Assembly: GCF_001194135.2 (NCBI RefSeq)
Contig: NC_068982.1
Location: forward strand, 49,880,301 to 49,944,300
Source: Octopus bimaculoides
Taxonomy: Eukaryota
Length of the DNA stretch: 64,000 nucleotides
Reading direction: 5' to 3'
The notes beneath the pieces are model-generated. The model saw only the letters and a program-made list of their open reading frames with translations. It did no database searches and was not told where the DNA came from. The translations under genes and the position numbers were made by a program. Positions within the stretch are counted from its first letter, which is position 1, and each line of letters starts with the position of its first letter. Positions 1 through 13,024 of the stretch are shown here, piece after piece.

Positions 1-123
1 TTCTAATGAACATAAATTGGATATACCAATACTATATTTGCATACACATGCATAAACTAAGAATATGCAAACGAAACTAATAAATTATAGTAACTAATGA
101 ATTTATATACAATTATAAATATT

Positions 124-490
124 TAGGGGTGAAAAAAGTATTCGTACAGAATAAATTTATGAGTTTCTATGCCACAAAATACTGTTAAAATAATTTTTTT
201 CTACTAGAATTTTCTCGTTTGTTCCAATAATCTTATCAGTAGTCATTTTTAAGTGTCAAAACGCTAGCTTCTTCATTCAGCACTGAGACAACATAAAGTA
301 GCGTCGTAATAATGACGAAAAGTAAAGAACTCATAAATTCAGTGAAAAATTTAATTATTGAACAGTGGAAAGCAGGTAAAAGTTACAGGAAAATATCTCA
401 GAGACCCTTTGTATTCCATTTTATACCATATCTTCATTTATTCAAAGACATAAAAAATCCGGAACTATTGAAAACAGAATAAGATCTGGT
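124..490 (+). mobile_element. Tc1-type transposon 5' relic (TIR-like end plus frameshifted N-terminal HTH)
   Basis: ATG at 312 gives MTKSKELINSVKNLIIEQWKAGKSYRKISQ, then after a frameshift TLCIPFYTISSFIQRHKKSGTIENRIRSG. Confidence 0.75.
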
Positions 491-794
491 GTATATATCA
501 TCATCATCATCATCGTTTAACGTCCGCTTTCCATGCTNNNNNNNNNNTATGAAAGTCTCAGTGTTGCTAGTTTAGAGAATTTAGACTTGGTTGGTATATT
601 CTTATGAAGTGTATTTCCTTGCTAATGCGTTCATTTTGGCAAGAAGTTAAGAATTTTTTGGCCTAAAACACTACCTGGACCGTAAGTAAGACGTGTAAAA
701 TTTGAATGAAATTGGTTGTGTAGTTCTCAAGTTTTAGGGCTTCACACAGACAGACTCACATTCTCATCTTTATATATATAGATATATGTATATT

Positions 795-827
<33 letters not shown>

Positions 828-1581
828 NNNNNNNNNNNNNNNNNNNNNNNNNNNNNNNNNNNNNNNNNNNNNNNNNNNNNNNNNNNNNNNNNNNNNNNNN
901 NNNNNNNNNNNNNNNNNNNNNNNNNNNNNNNNNNNNNNNNNNNNNNNNNNNNNNNNNNNNNNNNNNNNNNNNNNNNNNNNNNNNNNNNNNNNNNNNNNNN
1001 NNNNNNNNNNNNNNNNNNNNNNNNNNNNNNNNNNNNNNNNNNNNNNNNNNNNNNNNNNNNNNNNNNNNNNNNNNNNNNNNNNNNNNNNNNNNNNNNNNNN
1101 NNNNNNNNNNNNNNNNNNNNNNNNNNNNNNNNNNNNNNNNNNNNNNNNNNNNNNNNNNNNNNNNNNNNNNNNNNNNNNNNNNNNNNNNNNNNNNNNNNNN
1201 NNNNNNNNNNNNNNNNNNNNNNNNNNNNNNNNNNNNNNNNNNNNNNNNNNNNNNNNNNNNNNNNNNNNNNNNNNNNNNNNNNNNNNNNNNNNNNNNNNNN
1301 NNNNNNNNNNNNNNNNNNNNNNNNNNNNNNNNNNNNNNNNNNNNNNNNNNNNNNNNNNNNNNNNNNNNNNNNNNNNNNNNNNNNNNNNNNNNNNNNNNNN
1401 NNNNNNNNNNNNNNNNNNNNNNNNNNNNNNNNNNNNNNNNNNNNNNNNNNNNNNNNNNNNNNNNNNNNNNNNNNNNNNNNNNNNNNNNNNNNNNNNNNNN
1501 NNNNNNNNNNNNNNNNNNNNNNNNNNNNNNGTGCAACTGGATGGCTACACCAGGCTCCAATCTAATTTGGCACACACATTA

Positions 1582-1776
1582 GGGGGTGCTAAAAAGTTTC
1601 TGACTTTGGGTAAAAGAAAATACAGGAGGAACAGCTAATTATTATTTTATTCAACATATTCCCTGCTCATTGCAGTGGTCTTTTAGTTTTCCTAAGCTCT
1701 GTAAAAAAAACCTAGGAGGCTGTGCCTCCAACAAAGCCTTTCATAATCTCTTTAATGCCAGGATTTTTTCAGCCCC
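1582..1776. mobile_element. Mariner-derived MITE, about 200 bp
   Basis: Degenerate TIR ggggtgct.aaaagtt..tg.cttt. Same family as the copies at 27334-27838. Confidence 0.7.
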
Positions 1777-3164
1777 ACCCCCTCCCCACCCCCGTACATT
1801 GTGTCTCGTTTCAATTTAGATTGTTGTGTAAATAGAAGAAGTCTGCAGCAAACAGTAGCAGCAGCAGCAGCAGAAAATGAGCAATGATCAGATATATTCT
1901 ACATATTAGTAAATGTATATAGCAACTTGTATAAACACTGAAGAAAACATTAGAAGCCAAAGTAGTAATTTAGGCTGGCTAGGAAATTTAAATGTAAATT
2001 TGCTTCCAGCAATTCCTAAATTAAATATGTAATGCTGAATCTATCTTCCTTGTGGCATAAAATTTAACCATAGAAATTCCAAAGAAAAGAGAAAGATGCA
2101 AAGTAGAAAGTTTCAGTACTTCAGACTTTTATCCAGCTTTGTGGTGGGAGAGGGGAGAATAGATGCCTTATGGAAATATATGAGCAAGGTGTTTACAAGG
2201 TATCTACATTAAGTATCTATAAAACTGGAATTTTTTCACGCCTCATAGCAATTCAAATCTGTCAGTTGGATGGTCACAACTGAAAGGCCACTGATCATTG
2301 GTTCACTCAAACAGGACTGACTTGGGGTTAAAGAATAACAAAGCATTATAGAGATCTTCTCTTCTACTCCTCTCACTCGTTTGCAGCACTGGTGATATTT
2401 CATATAAACACACCTATATTGCTACTGCATCACCACCACCATCATAATCACTATCATCATCACCATTCTCCTCCTCCTCCATCATCATCATAATCACCAT
2501 CATCGTTTAACATCTATGTTCCATGCTGGCATGGTTTGGGTGCTTTGACAGCAGGATCTGATGTGTCCAAGGACTGCATTGAGCTCCAATGTCTGCTTTG
2601 GCATGGTTTTTATGGCTGGATGCCCTTCCCAACACCAACCACTTTACCACAGAATGCTTTTTTTTTTTTTTTTGAGCAACCTACACTACTGAAGTCACCA
2701 TACACTTTGCAGGACTATGAACCCTGGAAAAAGATGTTGGGGTCAGCTTCATACTAGTGGACAAGGTGGAGGCAGCAGGTTCCTGCAGAGGGAACTACAT
2801 AGCTACTCACATCCATAAGGAGGAAAAGTTGATCAGAGGAGAAAAAGAAAAATAATCAGTAGGAGTAAGACACAGAAATAACGATTGGGTGCCCAGGTGG
2901 TCTCACGAGGCATAGCGTGAGTGGAAATGGAGTGAAATAATGAAACTGAAATTTTTTTATTATTCTTTTATTGAGGGCTTCAGTCAGTTTATTCAACCCT
3001 GATACTTAGTCTACAACTCATTTTATTAACCTTATGTTTAAAACATTGAAGTTGAGCTGGATGGTGGGTATGAAGAGATGTAACTAGGGTAGAAAGAAAT
3101 ACCACAAGCTATTTCTGTTTACCACACCAATTCTTCTATCATACACCGATGCACATATGCAGTT

Positions 3165-3551
3165 AAGCTGTTCATTGCAACTGTCGAATCAGTGCTATTA
3201 TATGGCAGTGAAATGTGGATACCAACAAAGAAATTATCCAACCGGCCAGACGGCTGCTACACAAGGATGCTACGAATGGCCCTAAATGGGAAATGGCAGC
3301 AACATATGACAAACAAATACCTTTATGACAACTTTAGTGAGAAGATCAGGCCAAGATGGCTACAACTATCTGGTCACTGCATGTGCCACTCTCAGTTGGA
3401 AGCATCAAAATTAGTCCTATGGAACCTAGTTCATAATGATGTAAGAAGAGGAAAACATTGTCACACTTACATCAACAACTTAATCACAGACACTGGCCTG
3501 GAATGTATTCAGGACCTCAAGGCAGTGATGTTGGACCAAGAAGTGTGGTGA
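3165..3551 (+). mobile_element. RTE-clade LINE ORF C-terminal fragment
   Basis: Translates as KLFIATVESVLLYGSEMW...DGCYTRMLRMALN.KWQQHMTN...GHC...SKLVLW, typical of the region after RT in RTE elements. Confidence 0.8.
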
Positions 3552-3952
3552 GTGGACTTTGTTGCAGCAGTCTGGGTTGGAACCCAGCCATGAAAGAAGA
3601 AAGAACCAAATTTCAATCTCGAGGCTTTGGTCAAATCATGGCATTGCTAGAAGACACATGCCTAAAGCAGCAAAGAGTAGGATCAAACCTAAGACCAAGC
3701 ACTCATGAAATAAATTACTTAATGATTAACGGTTTCTGATGCAAGTAGCATAATTCTACTTTCAAGAGATTTTTATGAATCCTGATACTTCCACAAAACA
3801 AAAAAAAACTATATTTAATGATTATTTTCATAAAAAGTTTGAGAATTTAAGTGTTAGTGATGAAATCGTGAACAAGTTATGCATTTGATTAGGAAACAAA
3901 ATCTATACACACACACACACACATATATGAAAGTAATATAAAGTGAACAAAC

Positions 3953-4099
3953 CATCCATTGATAAACGGCCTCTATGAAGGTGGTTGAAATAATTCAGAG
4001 ACCCCCAAGATTCTTCCAAATTGCTTTCTGACAGATGACGCCATTTAGCTCTTCGCTTTTGTATCTTCTGCATAGGAGTGTACATTCCAAATTCCTGTT
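3953..4099 (-). CDS. KATNIP: KATNIP exon (147 nt, phase 1-1): (E)QEFGMYTPMQKIQKRRAKWRHLSESNLEESWGSLNYFNHLHRGRLSMD
   Basis: Acceptor tactttttttcag and donor G|gtttgt. Matches recalled human RSRWRSEQEHTLHESWSSLSAFDRSHRGRIS. Confidence 0.87.
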
Positions 4100-4234
4100 C
4101 TGAAAAAAAGTAAGAGTACATATATATATATATATATATATATACGAGAGAGAGGGGGGAAGAGAATATGTATGCATATATACATACATACAAACAAATA
4201 TATATATATAATGAGGGAGAGAGANNNNNNNNNN

Positions 4235-4267
<33 letters not shown>

Positions 4268-7076
4268 ATACATATATACATGCATATATATATATGATAC
4301 ATATGCATGTGTGTGCATGTGTATATACGAATGCTTTATATACATACAAAGACACCCACACACCCACATATATATATATTATTAGTTTTTGTCAAATTCT
4401 AAGTGCTTTCACACAAAACTGCAGGTCCGTAGGTAACTCCTGTAGTATCCTCAGCTACTAAATGACTATGCGTACACACACACACACATGCACGCACTCT
4501 TATATTTGCTGAGAATAAAAGATTATACACACAAACACAAACACACACACACACTTGCATGCACACATGCACAAATGCTCACACAGAGAAAATTTTTGTA
4601 AATGCAAACATAGAAAAAAGCAGACTTTTATTCAAAGAGTTTTAAATTACACTCAAGAAAACAGAATTTTATGAGTCCCATATTATACATCATCGGATTA
4701 ATTCAATAGATTCACTTCATATGTATATATATTTCAGATTGGAGCCATAAAAGTATGGTGCTTCTCAATATTTTGATCATATTCATTTTAATGCTATAAT
4801 AAAATGAGTAAAATACATATCTATGTTGCATATGTGATTGCTGTATATACAAAGGAAAATGAAATGAGATTTGCTTAAATATGCATAAATGAGTTCTTGG
4901 CTAAATTAGAATTAAACTGCACCTGTATTTTGAAATGATGATAGTTATGCAAGTAAATTAACCAAATAGATTGAAATGATTTCAGAAATTTTGAATAAAA
5001 AAAAAATTATTCTCAACTATTTTCAATTACTATTTAATATGAGAAAAGTTTCATGAAAAAGAGAGAGAGAGAGAGAAAAAAAAAATGGTGAAATTGAAAT
5101 TTTACATCTTGAAAAAGTTTCTGTAATATAAAGTTACTGTATGAAAATGATTGTGGCTGATGTTAAGACCAGAGATGAAAAGCAGAGAGGGAGAGAAAGA
5201 GAAACAGTGAGAGATTATATATGTATATTTGTGTGTGTGTGTGTGTGTGTGTGCATGTGTGCGTGTATGTATATATGCATGTCTATATGTGTGTATATAT
5301 AAATGTGTATATGTGTGTATATATAAATATATGCATGTGTGTATGTATATGTATGTGTGTATATATGTGTGTGTGTATATATAAACGTGTGTGTGTCTTT
5401 TATTGTTTTTTTTTTGTATTTACTTGTTTCGGTCATCCAACAGCACCAACCTGAAGGATTTAGTTGAACAAATTCAGCCCAGTACTTATTTTATAGGTCT
5501 CTTTTCCCAAACCATTAAGTTATAGACACATAAACAAACCAACACCAGTTGTCAGGTGGTGGCCAAACACCCAATATTTTATCTCTCTCAGAAGAAGTTT
5601 ACGTATCTGAAAAACTTGAATGTTTCACTCCTCATGGCAAATCAAATCTCCCTCAACTGGATGGTCACAACTGAAATCCCTCTGATTACAGGTTTAATCA
5701 GTATCGTTTGAGTAAACGAAAATGACTTGAGGTGGAGTAAGAACAAAGTATTATAGAAATATTCTCTTCTACTCCTCTCACCTGATTGCATTAGTGGAGA
5801 AATTTCATATAAATACACTTATGTGATGCACTTATCCTCCTCAATGAGTTTTGGGGCATAATTAACCTACTTGATACCCACTTTATAACCACCACCTGGT
5901 TTTTGGAAGCTTTTAGTGGTATTCATTATGTTGCAAACCTTCAAACTGGGATTTCTTTTTTCAGGATGCGTTAGTGCTATTATGAATTGCTTTCTACTGC
6001 TCTTTTGATATGTAGTGCATAGACATATGTGCAGAAATGGTTCCCCATTAAGCACCTGTAACTAAATTCGATAGGTGCCCTTGAGAGGCTCACCAGTGGC
6101 CACTGACAAGGCAACTTACAGAGATTGAAAAGGGGGTTAGTAGCAACACAAGTCATAGTTTCTGTCTCCTGCTGCCCCAGCAGTGTCAGAGATCCTGCAA
6201 TGATTATGGAAATTGTTCATTTGAAGTAAAACAGTTTGATCAACTGAACTATCTGCTCAGTGAATTAATTAGCATTGAAGTGGCTGAGTATTCCTCAGGT
6301 ACATGACTTTAACAAAATCCTCAGGCACAATCGTCATTTCAAAGTCTGTGACAAGGCACCACCTTTAGATTATGGGTCTATTCCATCTGAGTCACTTCCA
6401 ACTGCGAGTGAATATCTAGTAAAGTCACAGAGTTAGTATGCCAAGATCTTAGCATCTGGTTTCCAAACATCACCCCAATTCTAGAAAGTTTTGTGTAGAT
6501 GAGAAAGATTCTAGAAGAAATACTGAAGAATGTGTTATGGGAGTGGTAATGGTGAGGGTGGAGATGGTGGTAGTGGTGGTGATATTGGTGGCAGGGGTGG
6601 TAAATGAAATAGGACCAGTAAATATCTATCTCTTGTAAATACAATTAAATGTGCATATAGCAAGTGACAAGTAGACAAACTAGTTTGTTGCAAGTTACAA
6701 TACAAAACAATCTAAGTAAAATGATAAAATTGAATTTAGAAAGATAGAAAATAAGCAACACATTTTATATAAGACACACACAACACAACACAACACACAC
6801 ACACACAAACAAACAAACTAACTATACTATACTCAGTTTAGAAATATATCATTTTCCAATTAACTAGCAATTGTTTTAAAATTCAATTTCTGTGTTTTAT
6901 TAAATTAAATCTATTAACATATTAACAATCAATATTTTGAAGTTAGATACAAGCATTTCCTTATAAAGAGAAGACTTGATAAACACATCATGCTTCCATT
7001 TCTGTTAAACATGAATAAAACGTCAAGTAAATGAGTTTCTATTGATTCCAACAATGGGTACTTAGTTGTTTGGTTA

Positions 7077-7442
7077 ACTATTTAACATATAAACCAGTCA
7101 TATCCAGTCCAAATATTCTGTGTTATGTTCAAGATTAAAATCTTGAAACTATGAAGTGAATAAATAAGTATTGCATTTGACAAAGTAATCTGAATGCTAA
7201 AGGGTTAAAGCAAGCACATCCGGCCCAAATATTCCACCTCTAAATGTCAAAACTGCCCAGGTCTGGTCTAAATACCCTAATACCCATATCCAACCTTTTA
7301 CACCTACACTACAATGTCATTCTAAAAATAAGCAATCACATAATTGAGACCTCAAAGCTATGGACAATACATGATTAATTCAAAACAATGTCGATAAATA
7401 AGCATTACATTTGACAGAGTAATCTGAAAGCTAAAGGGTTAA
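7077..7442. mobile_element. Two adjacent piggyBac-type MITE copies
   Basis: Both end in tgctaaaggg or agctaaaggg followed by TTAA (7205-7208 and 7439-7442). Same family at 17002, 24844, 29488 and 59192. Confidence 0.7.
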
Positions 7443-7762
7443 GTGAACTACCTGCCTATTGAATTAGTAAGTGGCTGAGAATTCCGTAGACAATGTAAAT
7501 ATCAGACAGTCAGCACAACATAACAACTGGACCTTGGAATTACAATTACAAGTCGGCACTGTGAAAGAACATGTAAAAAGAACCTGTGCCAGTGCCAGAT
7601 AAAAAGCACTTATACTGGTGCCACATTGAATCACCCATGTTGGTGTCATGTAAAAAGCACTCAGCTCACTCTGTAAAGTGGTTGGCATTAGGAAGGGCAT
7701 CCAGCCATAGAAACCACAATGGAGCCTAAGCATTATAATAATAATGATGATGATGATAGTAA

Positions 7763-7972
7763 TGGTTTCAAATTTTGCCACAAGGGCAGCAATTTTGGGG
7801 GAGGAGATGAGTCGATTACATTAACCAGTGTTCAACTGGCACTTATTTTATCAACCCTGAAAGGGATGAAAGGCGAAGTCAACCTCGGCAGAATTTGAAC
7901 TCAGAATGGAGTGACGGGTGAAATACTGCTAAGCATTTTGTCCAGCGTGCTAACGATTCTGCCTGTTCACCT
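7763..7972 (-). mobile_element. tRNA-derived SINE family A (resembles octopus OR2), in a TAA/TGA tract
   Basis: A/B-box-like head (ggcagaatcgttagcac...gagttcaaattc) and central ctttcatccctt..gggttgataaaataagtgccag. Similar copies at about 11250, 11782, 12763, 13056, 21910, 23263, 23520, 25060, 31297, 35583, 41210, 44145, 45550, 55110-55762 and 60800. Confidence 0.8.
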
Positions 7973-9059
7973 TATTATGATAATGATGACAATGATGATG
8001 TTGATGATGATGATGCTGAATCCATCCAATGTATTCACAAACAGGATTTTGTCAACCTAATTTCACTCACAAGGCTTGGATCAATTGAAGATTAGAGTAA
8101 ATGACACTTGCTGAAGATGCCTAGCAGTGGGATCAAACCCAGGACTTTGCAAGTGTGAAGCAAACTTCTTAAGCTTTCAGTTGTGATACATCCATAAAAC
8201 AGGTGTACAGCACTTAGTTAAATGCTTCAACTAAATAAATTGGAAATGCAGCTACTTTGATATATTTTTACTTCGTTCTCCATATATAAATTAGCAATTT
8301 AAATCTCACACTACTTTTTCTTCTAGTTTTCTAATTTTCTTTCATTTTCATTTATATTTTATTTTTTTTAATGTATCAGTTTTACTTGCAGCCATTCAGC
8401 ATTTTTATAAAGGATTAAACATCATACGTGATATTTTGATAATTGAGCGAGATTGGGATAAAATTATTTGAGGATTTTTTTTTTTTTTTTTTTTTTGCCT
8501 TTGGTAACATAACCGAACAGTTCTAAAATGTCTGGAATAACTGGTATTGAAATAATCACAATCTCTTTTCATAGTTTGCAGTTTAGTTCTTAGATGCAGA
8601 ATATTATATAAGAAAAAAAAACAAAATATATGTTTTACTATTAAAAAGCTATGAGAGATGTTTTAGTTCTAGATAATTAATTATGCTAAGCTAGTAAAAA
8701 TTCTTTACTCAAAATTACTTTTGATAACAAAATTGAGATAGTTTATTTGTTTATAAAGTTGTATAATGAAATAAAAATGTAACGACTGATGTTTGAATAA
8801 TTGCTTTCCATTACAACTGTTGTTGCTTAAGAAGTCATTATTCATATATATTTATTTATGACAGCAATAAAATTCTTTATCAAATTCTTAAATTTTAAAA
8901 TTTGCATTGATATGAGGCTATCAATATTGTAAATTAGTTCTCAATATTGTTTCTCCTGATATTCTCTTCAATCTTTTTGTCTTGCCTACTGAGATATATG
9001 CAAGCTATTTTACCCTTCTGTCTAAGGGACCTGAACACTTTCACACAACAGACTTTTAG

Positions 9060-9335
9060 TTTCCGTCTACCAAATTCACTCACAAAGCTTTGGTTGGTAT
9101 GAGGCTGTAGCATAAGACACTTAACATAGTTCTCAAGGATATTCAGCATGACATGGAATGTAACAAGGCTGACCTTTTGAAATACAGACACTACTCATGT
9201 TTGTCAGCTGAGTGGGTAGGAGCAATGTGAAATAAAGTGTCATGTTCAAGAGCACAACATGCCACTGAGAAATGAACTCATGACCTTACAGTCATAAGCC
9301 AAATAATCTGAATACCTTAACCACTAAGCCATGTG
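9060..9335 (-). mobile_element. tRNA-derived SINE family C
   Basis: Head atggcttagtggttaagg...gagttcattt, then tgctcttgaacatgacactttatttcacattgctcc. Related copies at about 16130-16440, 18962-19185, 36340-36630 and 62790-63005. Confidence 0.7.
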
Positions 9336-9644
9336 GCGTCATATGCTTTTAAAAGCAAGAGTGCACAGAAGCAGAGCAGAAGAACACCTCAGCAGTGAAC
9401 CAAACCACTGATTGGTCAGCTGGACTTCTTTTGGAGCTCAAATGTCACATGATGCTATTGTTCACAAACACACGCAATCATCACTGTCATTTATTTTTAT
9501 GTTTGCAAAGATCAAGCAGAGTTTTATTAAGGTAGATGATGGTGATCCATCCATCCATATTAGAAAGCAGAATTCTTGCATTGCCAAGAAGAAGAAGAAT
9601 CTCAAATAAATGACATCAAAAGATTTTTTTAAATTATTACAAAC

Positions 9645-9721
9645 CTTGCATTTCTTCAGCAAGGTTGTCACACTTGCTTTTTTCAAATTCCTCATCAAGT
9701 ATAGTGCGAAGGGAGGTGACA
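9645..9721 (-). CDS. KATNIP: KATNIP linker exon (77 nt, phase 2-1): (S)VTSLRTILDEEFEKSKCDNLAEEMQ
   Basis: Acceptor ttttctcctggaatcag and donor G|gtttgt. Bridges the phase-2 end of exon 10185 to the phase-1 start of exon 4099 with no stop. Confidence 0.72.
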
Positions 9722-9828
9722 CTGATTCCAGGAGAAAAATGAAAATTATAACCAAATTAAAATTACAAAAATTTTAAATTTCACACACACACACACACAG
9801 GTATTAATCCTAAACTGATTGTAACATA

Positions 9829-10034
9829 TATTCTGGCATACAAGTCAAATTTTTCAGATTAAAATTTTCAGCCAAAAGGAAAAAAAAAGGGAGGTTCATT
9901 CATACACCAAAATAACTTTGAAGGACTAAAAATTCCAAGAGAAATGTAACCAGATTTGGGAAGAGAGTGATGATGTTTGAATGTTTACTCTACATCATTA
10001 CACAACATACAATGTTGACATATATGCCAGAGTA
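9829..10034. mobile_element. MITE of about 200 bp with about 20-bp TIRs
   Basis: Ends ta.tctggcata.a.gtcaa are inverted, and the body is homologous to 16687-16882. Confidence 0.65.
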
Positions 10035-10184
10035 AGTGGTATAGAATTATAAAATACATTTAATAAAAAATAGATAACTTCATATTAAAAATTATTCAGA
10101 TCAAGTGAAATCATAATTAAGAACTGAAATTTTAACAAAATTTTCAGACAAATTTAATTAAATATTGGTTAGTATTGAACTTAC

Positions 10185-10506
10185 CTGCCAGGTGATGAAG
10201 GTTCTGGTGTGTCTTTGTCTTGGGAAGATCCAGATCTGCTTGAGAGACTGACATGCCTTTCAATTTTATCCAACATATTCCTTAATCTAATTGTTGATTG
10301 GTGAGCTGTTTGCAGTTCTTCGTCAAGAGAGTGACTGTCAAACGGTGTTAACTTACCATTCTTGGAAGGCGAAGAAAGCTGAAAATCTTTCAATGGTTCT
10401 TCAAGTCTATCAACAATATCTTCTTGATAATTTGAAGATGCTTCCATATTAGATCCTCTGGAACAGTTACTAGTATGGTTGTTGTGGCAATGTAAATGTT
10501 TGGGCA
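10185..10506 (-). CDS. KATNIP: KATNIP linker exon (322 nt, phase 1-2): PKHLHCH...DEELQTAHQSTIRLRNMLDKIERHVSLSSRSGSSQDKDTPEPSSPG
   Basis: Acceptor tacttttcaag and donor AG|gtaagt. Long open frame in non-repetitive sequence with phases that fit both flanking exons. Confidence 0.8.
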
Positions 10507-11999
10507 CTTGAAAAGTAAATGTTGATAAAGAATAATAATAATAAGTTCAAGATTAAAAGTCTTCAAATAAAATTTTCATGTAAATCTGGCAAATTGGTAA
10601 ATTATACAATACCTTCAAATATCAATAAACTGTATACTAAACACAATTAACAACTAATGTCACAAAGCTCTATTTCTTTCTCTTAATAATCTCAGGCTTC
10701 GAGCCTTTTGTTGGAAACAATGCATAACAATCGTCCATGTCTAAGAGATGTTATGAAGATTTAATTTTCCAGGCTATTAACTTCATCTTTAGAATACATA
10801 TTTGGTTCAATTTCTAAATGTCATCAGATGTCTTATTGCTGAATATATATGTGCATCTGTGGTTTGGTAGCAGACAGGAACATTACAAGCCTTAGTTACG
10901 AAATAACATTTCCTAAATTGTATCTTTCATTGGGGAACATTTATACGTGGAGAAATAAAGACACCTGATGACAACTGGAAATTGAAATGATCAACACATA
11001 GTGTTGTAAATATAAATATTGTAATGACATGCTATAAAGACAAGGTCACTAGTCCAGAAAATTATCACCTTATCCATTTAACAAGTATTTCAAATACTTG
11101 TTCATAATATTTCACAATACAGTGGAAGTCATAAGGATGAATAAAGAAAGAACTGGACATATAGCTCATAGATCTGGAGTTCAATTTCACTGTGTTGCTA
11201 TATATTTGAAAAATATATTCAATTAGTACAACACGCATACTCTTTTCTATTCTAGACACAAGGTCTCAAATTTTGGGGGAGGGAGCAGTCAATTAGCTCA
11301 ACCTCAGTATGCAACTGCTACTTAATTTATCGACCCTGAAAGGATGAAAGGCAAAGTCGACCTCGGCAGAATTTGAACTCAGAACATAGCAACAGGCAAA
11401 ACACTGTTAAGCATTTTGTACAACATGCATACTGTCTGTTATAAATATGTACCAAACCATGTGAAGACAAAATTAATTATGACAAATGTTCTCATCCAGT
11501 GAAAGATTTATTTCTCCATCACTGAAATCATGTAAACAGTTGCCAAGCAAGCAACAGCTGCCAAAAGTGACTCCAGAACTTGGTAGTCATTTACATGACT
11601 CTACAGATATGTAATGACTGAGTCAAATAAAGAAGGGCAGCACCAACAGCTACTTTTCCAAAGTGTATGTGACTAATAGGAGGAAGGGATGAAAATATCT
11701 CCAGGCTGTAGACCGGACTTGAATATTTGCAGCAAACTGGATTCTGTAGGTGCTGCTGCTAATAATAATAATAATAATAATCATTTCAAATTTTGGCATG
11801 GAGCTAGCAAGTTTGGGGAGGGAGTAAGTCAATTACATTAACCCCAGGGTTCACTTGATACTTATTTTGTTGACCCTGAAATGATGAAAGGCAACATAGA
11901 ACTCAGTGACATTTGAACTCTGTAAAGATGGATGGAATGGTACTAAGCATTTTGCCTGGCATGCTAATAATTCTGCCAGGATGCCTTAATAGTAATAAT

Positions 12000-12700
12000 C
12001 ATCATCATCATCGTTTAACGTCCGTTTTCCATGCTAGCATGGATTGGACGGTTCAACCGGGGTCTGGGAAGCCAGGAGGCTGCACCAGGCTCCAGTCTGA
12101 TCTGGCAATGTTTCTACAGCTGGATGCCATTCCTAACGCCAACCACTCCATGAGAGTAGTGGGTGCCTTTTATGTGCCACCGGCACAGGGGCCAGAGGAA
12201 GCTGGCAACAGTCACGTTCAATTGGTGCTTTTTACGTGCCACCAACACGGAAGCCAGTTATGGCAGCGCTGGTATCGGCCGCATTTAGATGGTGCTTTTT
12301 ACGTGCCACCGGCATGGGTATCACAACTACAATTTCCATTTGATTTTCATTTTGATGTTGCTGTACTTGACTCAATATGTCTCTTCAACTACAGCAGGTC
12401 GCCCTACAATCCAAGGTACTTTTGAATGAGCTGGGGTTGGTTATGGGAAACTGGTGTAGGATACAGCCGTGAACTCACTTTATTTGCCAGGTGTTTGCAG
12501 TCACAGCATATCTCCAGAGGTCTCAGTCTTTCATCATTACCTCTGTGAGGCCCAACATTCAAAGGTCATGCTTGACCACCTCATCCCACGTCTTCCTTGG
12601 TCCACCTCTACTCCAGATTCCTTCAACTGTTTGGGAGTGGCACTTCTTCACACATCTCTCCTCATCCATCCATAGTACATGACCATGCCCATAATAATCC
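12000..12700 (-). mobile_element. RTE-type LINE 3' fragment (ORF end, 3' UTR and (GAT)n tail)
   Basis: Minus frame GHVLWMDEERCVKKCHSQTVEGIWSRGGPRKTWDEVVKHDL, then a UTR with three ggtgcttttacgtgccacc subrepeats and the tail ggacgttaaacgatgatg. UTR-only copies occur at about 500, 2500, 7560, 17780, 19325, 20280, 25735, 28200, 31740, 37610, 41760, 43470, 46025, 58565 and 63720. Confidence 0.85.
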
Positions 12701-12983
12701 ATAGTACATGACCATGACCATAATAATCTGTAGTACATGACCATAACCATAATAATAATAATAATCATTTCTACTATGGGGACAAGGTCTGGAATTTGTG
12801 GGGAGGAGGATAGTCAATTACATCAACCCCAGTACTCAACTGGTACTTAATTTATCAATCCCAAAACGATGAAAGGCAAAGTCAACCTCGGTGGAATTTG
12901 AACTCAGAGCATAGCAACAGGCAAAATACAGCTAAGCATTTTGTCCAGTGTGCTCATGATTCTGCCAGTTTGTTGCCTTAATG

Positions 12984-13024
<41 letters not shown>

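Noticed and set aside
742-1575. Long ORFs of 259-277 aa
   Set aside because: They run through an N gap (828-1530) and (TA)n, so they are artefacts.
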